DNA of 64,000 nt from Burkholderiales bacterium (GTDB lineage: Bacteria; Pseudomonadota; Gammaproteobacteria; Burkholderiales; SG8-39), in contig JAXMFT010000008.1 in NCBI GenBank assembly GCA_046347635.1, positions 158,619 to 222,618 of the forward strand, in the 5' to 3' direction. This document shows positions 1 through 9,713 of this stretch, piece by piece. The translations under genes and the position numbers were made by a program. Numbering within the stretch: the stretch's first letter is position 1; every line of letters starts with the position of its first letter. A model generated the notes under the pieces. It did not search any database. It saw only the letters and a program-made list of their open reading frames with translations, and was not told the DNA's origin.

Positions 1-74
1 TCAAGCCGGGCAGCTACCCGTTCTTCGGCGAGTTCCATCCGCAGACCGCGCGCGGCCGCATCGTCGCCAGGTAG
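1..74 (+). CDS. 3' end of a cupredoxin-like periplasmic protein (FtrB-type); 5' part lies outside the window
   Basis: Frame 3 reads ...KPGSYPFFGEFHPQTARGRIVAR then TAG (72-74). It resembles the C-terminal strand of cupredoxin-fold proteins. It lies directly upstream of an FTR1 permease, as in FtrABCD loci. Confidence 0.4.
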   Translation, partial: KPGSYPFFGEFHPQTARGRIVAR

Positions 75-95
75 CGCCGGCCGGGAGCCATCCGC

Positions 96-962
96 ATGCT
101 CAACGCGCTGATCATCGTGTGGCGCGAGAGCGTCGAGGCCATCCTGGTCGTCAGCATCCTCTACGCCTGGGTGCGCGAGCACGGCGGCGGCGACGTCCGG
201 CCGGCTCACCTCTGGAGCGGCGTCGCGGCGGGCGTCGTGTTGGCGGCGGTGCTCGCGGGCGCGATGCTGGGCGTGCGCAGCCAGCTCGCCGGCGCCGCGC
301 TCGAGGCTTTCCAGGCGCTGATCGTCTTTGCCGCGGCGGCGCTGATCACGCAGATGGTGTTCTGGATGCGCCGCCACGGCCGCCACATCAGGCGCCAGCT
401 CGAGACGGGAATGCAGCAGGCCGCGCTCGGCGCGGGCGGCGTCGCCGCCGCGGCGCTGGCGGCGATCGCGGTCGCGCGCGAGGGCGCCGAGACGGTCCTC
501 TTCCTCTACGGCGTGGCCCTGGAGCAGCGCGGCGCCAGTCTCGCCGCGGTGCTGACCGGGGCTGCGCTGGGCTTCGGGCTCGCGCTCGCCACCGCCTGGC
601 TGATCGCGCAGGGACGCCGCGTCGTGTCGTGGCGGACGTTTTTCGCGGCGACCGAGACCCTGCTCCTGCTGCTCGCGGCCGCGCTCGTGGTGAGCGGCAC
701 CGAGAAGCTGATCGGCCTCGAGTGGCTGCCGGCGATGGTCGAGCCGCTGAGTGACACCTCGGCGGTGCTCGACGATGCCGGCGGGTTGGGCGGCATCGTC
801 GCCGCCTTCACCGGCTACCGCGCGCGTCCGTCGCTCACCGTCGTGCTGGTCTACGTCGCCTACTGGACCGCGGTCGGGCTGCTTCTGCTGGGTCGGGGCT
901 CCGGGCAGTCCGGCCGCTCGCCCGCCTCGCGTGACGCGCCCCCACCCCGGCGCGCCGGCTGA
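96..962 (+). CDS. ftrC: FTR1/EfeU-family high-affinity iron permease
   Basis: 288-aa polytopic membrane ORF with two REXXE motifs (RESVE near the N-terminus, REGAE mid-protein) typical of FTR1 permeases. Confidence 0.85.
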   Translation: MLNALIIVWRESVEAILVVSILYAWVREHGGGDVRPAHLWSGVAAGVVLAAVLAGAMLGVRSQLAGAALEAFQALIVFAAAALITQMVFWMRRHGRHIRRQLETGMQQAALGAGGVAAAALAAIAVAREGAETVLFLYGVALEQRGASLAAVLTGAALGFGLALATAWLIAQGRRVVSWRTFFAATETLLLLLAAALVVSGTEKLIGLEWLPAMVEPLSDTSAVLDDAGGLGGIVAAFTGYRARPSLTVVLVYVAYWTAVGLLLLGRGSGQSGRSPASRDAPPPRRAG

Positions 963-966
963 GCAG

Positions 967-2373
967 ATGCGCGCGCCCGCGGCCAACTACGCACTCGATG
1001 CCGGCGCGCGCAGCGTCAGTGGTTCGCTGGCGCGCATCGGCGTCGCGATGCGGCGCCACCGCGGGCTCATCATCGCCATCCAGTGGGTGGTGGTGCTGTG
1101 CTACGCCGTGCTGCTCGTCGTGCCCGCGGTGCGGCCGCTCCCGCCCGAGCAGGCGGGCATCCTGGAGAGCCTCACGCGGTTCGCGCAGTTCGCCTTCTGG
1201 GGGATCTGGTGGCCGTTCGTGATGGTGTCGATGGTCGCGCTGGGGCGCGTGTGGTGCGGCGTCTTCTGCCCGGAGGGCGCGCTCACCGAGTGGGTCTCGC
1301 GCCGCGGCCTCGGCCGCGGCATCCCGCGCTGGATGCGCTGGGGCGGCTGGCCGTTCGTGGCGTTCCTCGGCACCACCGTCTACGGCCAGCTGGTGAGCGT
1401 GTACGAGTACCCCAAGGCCGCGGCGCTGGTGCTCGGCGGCTCGACGCTCGCCGCGGTCGCGGTGGGATTCGTCTACGGCCGCGGCAAGCGGGTGTGGTGC
1501 CGCCACCTGTGCCCGGCGAACGGCGTCTTCGCGCTGCTCGCGAAGCTCGCGCCGGTGCACTACCGGGTCGACCAGCGCGCGTGGGAGAACGCTCCGCCCG
1601 GCGCGCGGACGAGCCGCGGGCACGCCGTGGACTGCGCGCCGCTGATCGACATCCGCCGCATGCAGAGCGCGTCGCCCTGCCACATGTGCGGGCGCTGCGC
1701 GGGCGAGCGGCAGGCCGTGGATCTCGCCGCGCGCTCGCCCTCCGCCGAGATCCTCGCGCTGACCGACGAGCGCGCCTCGCGCTGGGAGGTCGCCCTGCTC
1801 GTGGTCGGCGTGCTCGGGATCGCGGTGGGCGCGTTCCAGTGGAGCGCCTCGCCCTGGTTCGTGGCGGCGAAGCAGGCGGTGGCCACCTGGCTCGTGGACG
1901 AGGGATGGCTGTGGCCGCTCGGGGAGAACGCGCCCTGGTGGCTGCTCACGCACTATCCGGAGAAGAACGACGTCTTCACCTGGCTCGACGGCGCGCTGAT
2001 CGTCGCCTACATCGGCGCGACGGGCGCGCTCGTCACGGCGTGGGTCGGCGCCTGGCTCGCGGCGGGCGCGGCGGCCGCCCGGCTGTCGGCGTGGCGGCTC
2101 GCGTACGCGCTCGTCCCGTTCGCCGGCGTCACGGTGTTCCTAGGGCTGTCCGCGCTCACGGTGACGCTGATCAGGGCCGAGGGGCTGCCGGTCCACTGGG
2201 TGGGATGGGCGCGCGCCGCGCTGCTCGCGCTCGGCGTCGCCTGGAGCGCGTGGCTCGCCTGGGGCATCGCGCGCGAGCGGACCGCCTGGCGCCGGCTCGC
2301 CGCCGTCGCCGCCGTCGTCGCGGCCATGGCGCTCGTCGTGTGGCTCTGGCTGGAGATGTTCTACCTGTGGTGA
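967..2373 (+). CDS. ftrD: Membrane-bound polyferredoxin (NapH/MauN-like 4Fe-4S protein), FtrD-type
   Basis: ATG 967 lies 4 nt after the ftrC stop (alternative ATG 1048). Cys clusters CGVFCPEG, CRHLCPANG and CHMCGRC plus many TM helices. The ORF-track extension back to 751 overlaps ftrC and is not used. Confidence 0.75.
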   Translation: MRAPAANYALDAGARSVSGSLARIGVAMRRHRGLIIAIQWVVVLCYAVLLVVPAVRPLPPEQAGILESLTRFAQFAFWGIWWPFVMVSMVALGRVWCGVFCPEGALTEWVSRRGLGRGIPRWMRWGGWPFVAFLGTTVYGQLVSVYEYPKAAALVLGGSTLAAVAVGFVYGRGKRVWCRHLCPANGVFALLAKLAPVHYRVDQRAWENAPPGARTSRGHAVDCAPLIDIRRMQSASPCHMCGRCAGERQAVDLAARSPSAEILALTDERASRWEVALLVVGVLGIAVGAFQWSASPWFVAAKQAVATWLVDEGWLWPLGENAPWWLLTHYPEKNDVFTWLDGALIVAYIGATGALVTAWVGAWLAAGAAAARLSAWRLAYALVPFAGVTVFLGLSALTVTLIRAEGLPVHWVGWARAALLALGVAWSAWLAWGIARERTAWRRLAAVAAVVAAMALVVWLWLEMFYLW

Positions 2374-2393
2374 GGCGCGGGTGCGCCCGCGCC
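2374..2393. terminator. GC-rich hairpin between convergent genes (candidate bidirectional terminator)
   Basis: GGCGCGGG-tgcg-CCCGCGCC, a perfect 8-bp stem starting right after the ftrD stop. There is no T-tract. Confidence 0.3.
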
Positions 2394-2437
2394 ATCCGCG
2401 AGTCGACAATGCCGGCGACGTTCGCCGCCTTTCCCGC

Positions 2438-4837
2438 TCATTCGACCGTGACTGCGAAGTCCTTTCCCTCCCAGCGATTCGCGAGCGGCCAGTAGAACGT
2501 GAAGTCGATGCGCGCGTGCGACGGGAGGGATCCGGACGGCAGGTCCGCGTAGCAGACGCCGAGCGTCGAGTCGCGCGTTTCGGTGTCGTGCACGGTCCGC
2601 CAGCCGTCGCTGCTCCAGTGCACGACGGCGCGCCGCAGGGTCTCGATGCGCAGGGTGCGGCCGGCCGGAATCGACCGCAGCTTCTGGTTGAAGCGCCAGA
2701 CCGAACGCGGCGGTCCGGCCGCCTCGGCCAGGTAGCGCCGGGCCGCGTTGACCGGCAGGTCGAACACGCGATCCTCCGCCAGCGAGCGGCGCAGCTTGAG
2801 GTACTCCGCGTGCGCCCAGACGAGCGGCATGGCCGAGCCCGACGGCCGCCCGCAGCGGAGCTCCCGCTCCGGGATGTCGGGCGCGTCCCAGACCTGCTCG
2901 GAGATCAGGCCGCCGTCGTTGGCGAAGGCCGCCATCGCCCGGCACAGCCGCCGCGCCTCCGCGGGCCGCCCCGCCGCCAGCTCGTAGTGGGCGCGCTCGC
3001 CCGTCAGCAGCGGCCACAGCCGCCCCACGCCGGTGCCGTCGAAGGGCGCGCCATCGGCGTGCTCGCCGTAGCCGTCGCCGTTGTACCGGTGCCACGACGG
3101 GCCGCTAGGCGTCTCCACCGCGAGGAGCGCGTCGATGACCTTGACCGTGTTCACGATGCGCGGATCGTCCGGCGCGCGCAGTCCGAACCGGACCAGGGCG
3201 AGCGCGTCGGGGCTCACGATCTGCGCGGCCGGGCGGCAGTCCTGCCCCGGCGGGCGGTTCTTGATCGGGACGTAGCCGCCGGCCGGAGACGAGGCCTGCG
3301 CCGCATCGGGCGGGGCGATGCGCACGTAATAGCCGTCCACGCCGACGCGGGTCGCCAGGTCCGTGCCCTGCACGTAGGTCCAGCGCTCGATGCCCGCATT
3401 CCAGGCGTCGGCCGTCTCCAGCAGATAGGCGGCCGCGGCCTCGTCGCGCATGATCCGCGCGAGCGTCGCCGCCTCGACGAGCGCGCTGATCTCCGCCCCG
3501 AGCGTGAAAGGCGAGTAGCCGGCGTCTTCCTCCCAGCGGTCCTGCTGCGTCACCGGTCCATCGCGCACGATGAAGCTCGCCGCGCGCCGGACCATCGGCC
3601 AGAAGTGCGCGAGGTCCTGCGCGCCGAGCGCGCCTTCGCGCTGCGCGAGGCCCACCAGCAGGACGGGAAGCGCCGCTTCGTCCATCTGCGAGCCGTGCCA
3701 GTACGGGCTGCAGTCGAGCCACATGTTCTGCGCCCAGCTCCCGTCGGCTTCCTGCGCCGCCTGCAGGAAGCGGAGCACGCGCAGCGCGTCGTCGTGGGCG
3801 CGCGCGGCGAGCAGTCCGCCGGCCGTCTCGACCAGGTCGCGCGGCCAGACCAGGTGATAGCCGCCGAGATCGTCGTCGCCCTTGGACGAACCCCACGGCA
3901 CCGAGAGGCTGGCGATGATGCCGCCCGGGAACTTCTTGGCCTCGTGGACGCGCAGCACCGCGGCGCTGATGCGGAACAGGTCCCGCTCGACCGGCGCGGT
4001 CGCCTCCAGCGGCAGCAGCGCGTCCTGCCACGCCTGCCACTGCCCGACGTACGCGTCGCGCAGCTGGTCGATGTCGTCCTGCAGGGTCGCGAGCGCGCGG
4101 TTGCCGGCCTCGGCGGGCGTGAGCCCGAACCCGAGGGCGAGGGTGAAGTGGCCCGCGCAGGCCGCGAGATCGATCTCGCCGGTCAGCGCCACGTTGCCGT
4201 TCTCGGCCCGGCGATAGGCCCAGGTCATGCGTCCGTGGCGCGCCACGTCCTGCCACCCGTCGGAGGCGCCGACGAAACCCACCGAGCGGTTGAGCCAGGG
4301 CGCCGAGCACGCCAGCGCGAGCGCGATGCCGTCGCGCTCCGCGAACAGCATCGGGGCGCCCTTGTAGTCGCCCACCCAGGCGTTGTTGCCCCCGCCGCGA
4401 TTGCCGATGTGGGGCGCGAGCAGGGCATAGACGCGGTAGTCCGCGAGCGCCCCGACGACCGGCCGGAAGCCGGTGCGCTGGATCAGGGCGTCGCGGTACG
4501 GATGCGCGAAGATCTCCTTCTCGATGCGGTATCGGCCCTGGTCGCACTGGTTGTCCAGGCGATAGAGGGGGATGCCGGCGCCCGCCATCGACACCTGCGA
4601 GCGCGCGTGGCGCTTCTCCTCCGAGAAGAAGCCGCCCGCGCCGGCCACCATCAGGCCCAGGTCGCGGACGCAGGCGTGGTCGACGCGCGGGTAGTAGACC
4701 TCGTTGACGATGCCGTGGCTGAGCGTGAACCACAGCTGGCTCTGCCGGTCGAGCGCCGTGCCCACGCCGGCTTTCGCGCTGGTGGTCCAGCGCGGCGAAA
4801 TCCCGGGGTGCCCGGGGGCGTGTTCGGCCTCGCTCAT
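2438..4837 (-). CDS. Glycoside hydrolase family 15 glucoamylase (bacterial ~800-aa type with N-terminal beta-sandwich domain)
   Basis: 799-aa ORF. The N-terminus SPRWTTSAKAGVGTA...WFTLSHGIVNEVYYPRVD and the catalytic-domain motif YHLVWPRDLVE are typical of bacterial GH15 enzymes. Confidence 0.85.
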   Translation of the reverse strand: MSEAEHAPGHPGISPRWTTSAKAGVGTALDRQSQLWFTLSHGIVNEVYYPRVDHACVRDLGLMVAGAGGFFSEEKRHARSQVSMAGAGIPLYRLDNQCDQGRYRIEKEIFAHPYRDALIQRTGFRPVVGALADYRVYALLAPHIGNRGGGNNAWVGDYKGAPMLFAERDGIALALACSAPWLNRSVGFVGASDGWQDVARHGRMTWAYRRAENGNVALTGEIDLAACAGHFTLALGFGLTPAEAGNRALATLQDDIDQLRDAYVGQWQAWQDALLPLEATAPVERDLFRISAAVLRVHEAKKFPGGIIASLSVPWGSSKGDDDLGGYHLVWPRDLVETAGGLLAARAHDDALRVLRFLQAAQEADGSWAQNMWLDCSPYWHGSQMDEAALPVLLVGLAQREGALGAQDLAHFWPMVRRAASFIVRDGPVTQQDRWEEDAGYSPFTLGAEISALVEAATLARIMRDEAAAAYLLETADAWNAGIERWTYVQGTDLATRVGVDGYYVRIAPPDAAQASSPAGGYVPIKNRPPGQDCRPAAQIVSPDALALVRFGLRAPDDPRIVNTVKVIDALLAVETPSGPSWHRYNGDGYGEHADGAPFDGTGVGRLWPLLTGERAHYELAAGRPAEARRLCRAMAAFANDGGLISEQVWDAPDIPERELRCGRPSGSAMPLVWAHAEYLKLRRSLAEDRVFDLPVNAARRYLAEAAGPPRSVWRFNQKLRSIPAGRTLRIETLRRAVVHWSSDGWRTVHDTETRDSTLGVCYADLPSGSLPSHARIDFTFYWPLANRWEGKDFAVTVE

Positions 4838-4986
4838 GTCGTCTCGTCGCCGCTCGCGCGCAGTCGGGCGGCGGGCGGGTCACTCCCCGGCGCGCGCGAA
4901 CCCGGACGCCGGGGTGGGCGCAGCCGGTGCCGGGATCCCGCGCGGGCGGCGCAACCTGCGGCGTGCGCCCGGCGCCGCCGCGGCGA

Positions 4987-5487
4987 TCATGCCGGACGCC
5001 GCTTCTGCGGCTGATGGCCGCCCACCTCCGCGCGGAACGCGATCGCGAGCCGGTTCCAGCCGTTGATCGCCACGATCGCGAGCGAGAGATCGACCAGCTC
5101 CTTCTCGCTGAAATGCGCGCGCGCGAGCCGGTAGACCTCGTCGGGGACGTCGTTGGTCGAGACGAGCGTCAGCGCCTCGGTCCAGGCGAGCGCGGCGCGC
5201 TCGCGCGCGCCGTAGCAAGGCGCTTCGCGCCAGGCGGAGAGCAGGTACAGGCGCTGCTCGGTCTCGCCCGCGGCGCGCGCATCCTTGCTGTGCATGTCGA
5301 GGCAGCGGGCGCAGCCGTTGATCTGCGACGCGCGCATCTTCACCAGCTCGAGCAGCGCGTGCTCGATGCCGCAGTTGCGGACGTACGTCTCCAGTCCGCG
5401 CAGCGCGGCGATGGCGCCGGGCGCGACCGCGTAGTGGTCGATGCGCGCATGCGTGCCGTGCGGCGCGCGGTCTCGTTCGTCGGGCAT
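4987..5487 (-). CDS. Carboxymuconolactone decarboxylase/AhpD-like family protein
   Basis: 166 aa with the CxxCxxxH motif (CARCLDMH) in an AhpD-like helical context. Confidence 0.8.
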   Translation of the reverse strand: MPDERDRAPHGTHARIDHYAVAPGAIAALRGLETYVRNCGIEHALLELVKMRASQINGCARCLDMHSKDARAAGETEQRLYLLSAWREAPCYGARERAALAWTEALTLVSTNDVPDEVYRLARAHFSEKELVDLSLAIVAINGWNRLAIAFRAEVGGHQPQKRRPA

Positions 5488-5503
5488 GGCTCGTTCGCGC
5501 TCC

Positions 5504-5842
5504 TCAGGCCGGGGTCGAACGGTTCATGACGTCGATCGCCAGCGCGGAGTGGGCGTAGGCGCCCCCGGCGCGCATCTCCGCGGCGACCCAGATCGCCTCC
5601 ATGATCTCCTGTTCGGTCGCGCCGCGCTTGAGCGCCGCCTCGGTGTGGCCGCGGATGCAGTACGGGCACTGCGTGACGTGCGCGACCGCCACCGCGATCA
5701 GCTGCTTGGTCTTCGCCGGCAGCGCGCCGTCCGCGAACACCGCCTTGCTGAAGGCCTGGAACGCCTCGAGCGGCTTGGGTGCGAGCTGCTTGCGTTTGCC
5801 GGCGAGCTCGGGGCTGGAGGCCGGATACAGAGTCTGTTCCAC
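5504..5842 (-). CDS. Carboxymuconolactone decarboxylase/AhpD-like family protein (short form)
   Basis: GTG start at 5842 preceded by GAAGGGGAG. The 112-aa product carries CPYCIRGH (CxxCxxxH). The rest of the 584-aa track ORF is antisense to bkdA1 and is rejected. Confidence 0.7.
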   Translation of the reverse strand: MEQTLYPASSPELAGKRKQLAPKPLEAFQAFSKAVFADGALPAKTKQLIAVAVAHVTQCPYCIRGHTEAALKRGATEQEIMEAIWVAAEMRAGGAYAHSALAIDVMNRSTPA

Positions 5843-6181
5843 GGAAATCTCCCCTTCGTTGGCCCGAGAATTCCTCGGTCCGGACATTGTCCTCGTTCGC
5901 GCGCGCCTTCGTCGGGATCCCCCCGCATCGCCGCAGACCTCAGCGCCGGTCCGCAGTCGCACTGGACCGGCGCGCGCAGGTTGCGCGGGCACTCCGCCGG
6001 CGGCGCGCCCGAGGGTGTGACCGCTTCGGATCGCGTTCGTTTCGCCCGGCGCGGCGGCTGCGCGCGCCGGAACGTTTCCCGCGCGCGCGGTTCCAATGAG
6101 TCCAGAAGGGCGATGCACACGGCCGTAGCCGGACGCCCGTCGCAGGCCGCCGGCGCGCGAGCCGCTTCCCCGTTTCCATGA

Positions 6182-7435
<1,254 letters not shown>

Positions 7436-7437
7436 CC

Positions 7438-8451
7438 ATGCCGGCGATGAACATGGTGCAGGCGCTCAACTCGGCGATGGACGTGATGCTCGGCGCGACC
7501 CCGACGTGGTGGTCTTCGGCGAGGACGTCGGCTACTTCGGCGGCGTGTTCCGCGTCACCGACGGCCTGCAGCGCAAGTACGGCGCGCATGCGCGTCTTCG
7601 ACGCGCCGATCGCCGAGGGCGGCATCCTCGGCATCGCGGTCGGCATGGGCGCGTACGGCCTGCGGCCGGTGGCCGAGGTGCAGTTCGCGGACTACATCTA
7701 TCCCGCGATGGACCAGCTCGTGTCCGCGGCGGCGCGCCTGCGCTACCGCTCGGCGGGGGAATGGTGGGCGCCGGTCACCGTGCGCGCGCCCTGCGGCGGG
7801 GGCATCTTCGGCGGGCAGACGCACAGCCAGAGCCCCGAGGCGCTGTTCACCCACGTGTGCGGCCTGAAGACCGTGATTCCGTCCAACCCGTACGACGCGA
7901 AGGGCCTGCTCATCTCCGCCATCGAGGACGACGACCCGGTGGTGTTCTTCGAGCCGAAGCGCCTCTACCAGGGACCCTTCGACGGCCATCCCGAGCGGCC
8001 GGCGGTGTCGTGGGCGAAGCATCCTCTCGGCGCGGTGCCGGGCGAGCATTACCGCGTTCCGATCGGCGCGGCGCGCGTCGCGCGCGCGGGGGCCGACGTC
8101 ACGGTGCTCGCCTACGGGACGATGGTGCACGTCGCGCTCGCCGCGGCGCAGGAGACCGGCGTCGACGCGGAGGTGATCGACCTGCGCACGCTGCGCCCGC
8201 TCGACGCCGACGCGATCGCCGCCTCGGTGGAGAAGACCGGGCGCTGCGTGATCGTGCACGAGGCGACGCGCACCGGCGGCTTCGGCGCGGAGCTCGCGGC
8301 CGTGGTGCAGGAGCGCTGCTTCTACAGCCTCGAGGCGCCGATCGAGCGCGTGACCGGCTGGGACACGCCGTACCCGCACGCGTTCGAATGGCAGTACTTC
8401 CCCGGCCCGGCGCGCGTGGGGCGCGCGCTGCGCCGGGCAACGGAGGGCTGA
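7438..8451 (+). CDS. bkdA2: Branched-chain 2-oxoacid dehydrogenase E1 beta subunit, with an internal compensated frameshift pair (~7494 and ~7590)
   Basis: The ORF is open throughout. Between ~7495 and 7590 the conserved sequence RDPDVVVFGEDVGYFGGVFRVTDGLQRKYGAH is encoded in the +1 frame, while the annotated frame reads ATPTWWSSARTSATSAAC... The remainder is a typical E1-beta. Confidence 0.8.
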   Translation: MPAMNMVQALNSAMDVMLGATPTWWSSARTSATSAACSASPTACSASTARMRVFDAPIAEGGILGIAVGMGAYGLRPVAEVQFADYIYPAMDQLVSAAARLRYRSAGEWWAPVTVRAPCGGGIFGGQTHSQSPEALFTHVCGLKTVIPSNPYDAKGLLISAIEDDDPVVFFEPKRLYQGPFDGHPERPAVSWAKHPLGAVPGEHYRVPIGAARVARAGADVTVLAYGTMVHVALAAAQETGVDAEVIDLRTLRPLDADAIAASVEKTGRCVIVHEATRTGGFGAELAAVVQERCFYSLEAPIERVTGWDTPYPHAFEWQYFPGPARVGRALRRATEG

Positions 8452-8453
8452 GC

Positions 8454-9670
8454 ATGGGCCGGCTCGTCTTCAAGCTGCCCGACGTGGGCGAGGGCGCCGC
8501 CGAGGCGACCATCGTCGAGTGGCTCGTCGCGCCGGGCGAGCGCGTCGCGGAGGATCAGGGGCTCGTCTCCGTGGAGACCGACAAGGCGGTGGTCGAGCTG
8601 CCGTCGCCCGCCGCGGGGACCGTGCTCTCGATCCATGGCGAGCCGGGCGCAAAGGTCGCCGTGGGCGCCGAGCTCGTGGTCCTCGAGAGCGAAGCGGTCG
8701 GCGAAGCCGGCGCCGTCGCGGCAGCGGCGCCGGAGCAAGCGCCGCCGGAGCAACCCCGGCCGGCGCAAGCCGCGCCTGCGGACAGACCCGCAGCCGCGAA
8801 GCCGCTCGCCGCCCCGGCGGTGCGCAAACGCGCGCGCACGCTCGGCGTCGACCTCGCCGCCGTGCCGAGCCCCGGCGGGCGCGTGACGCACGCCGATCTC
8901 GACGCGTTCCTCGAGGCCGCGCGCCACCGTGCGCGGGAGGTGGCGCAGGACGCCGCGGGGACGCGGCACGAGATCGTCGAGGAGCACCGCATCGTCGGCG
9001 TGCGCCAGCGCATCGCCGAGCGCATGCAGGAGGCGACGCGCCGCATCCCGCACTTCTCGTACGTCGAGGAGGTCGACCTCACCGTGCTCGAGGCGCTGCG
9101 CGCGGCGCTGAACGAACGGCACGCCGGCCGGCGCGCGAAGCTCACGCCGCTCGCGTTCCTCATGCGCGCGATCGTGCGCGCGGCCGCCGCGCATCCCGAG
9201 ATCAACGCGCGCTTCGACGACGCGCGGGGGGTCGTGCGGCGCCACGCCGCGGTCCACATCGGCATCGCGACGCAGACGCCGAGCGGGCTCATGGTGCCGG
9301 TCGTGGCCAACGCGCAGGCGCGCGACCTGTGGGAGTGCGCGGCCGAGGTGTGGAGCGCCTCGCCGGCGCGGCGCGCGCGGGCCGCGCGATCGCCGCCGAG
9401 CTCGTCGGCTCGACCATCACGATCACCAGCCTCGGCGCGCTCGGCGGCGTGGCGAGCACGCCGATCATCAACCCCCCCGAGGTCGCCATCGTCGGCACGA
9501 GCCGCATCGCCGAGCGCCCGGTGGTGCGCGACGGCGCGCTCGCCGTGCGCAGGATGATGAACCTGTGCTCCTCCTTCGATCACCGCGTGGTGGACGGCTG
9601 GAACGCGGCCGCGTTCATTCAGGAGCTGAAGCGGCTGCTCGAGCAGCCGGCGCTGCTGTTCGTCGAGTAG
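8454..9670 (+). pseudogene. bkdB: Branched-chain 2-oxoacid dehydrogenase E2 (lipoamide acyltransferase), apparent single frameshift near 9351
   Basis: Lipoyl domain (ETDKAVVELPSPAAG), Ala/Pro linker and E3-binding region are in one frame up to ...WECAAEV. The conserved catalytic end ERLAGAARAG...ITITSLGALGG...SFDHRVVDG continues in another frame to stop 9670. Confidence 0.8.
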
Positions 9671-9713
9671 CGGGACGGCGGGCGCGCGCCGGCGCGGCGC
9701 CGGGCGAGAGTGC

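Noticed and set aside
751-966. N-terminal extension of ftrD back to 751
   Set aside because: It overlaps the 3' third of ftrC in another frame and translates to Pro/Ser/Arg-rich sequence. ATG 967 (or 1048), just after the ftrC stop, is the plausible start.
2381-5014. 877-aa ORF on the plus strand
   Set aside because: It is antisense to the GH15 glucoamylase and is Arg/Ala/Asp/Glu-rich with no domain signature.
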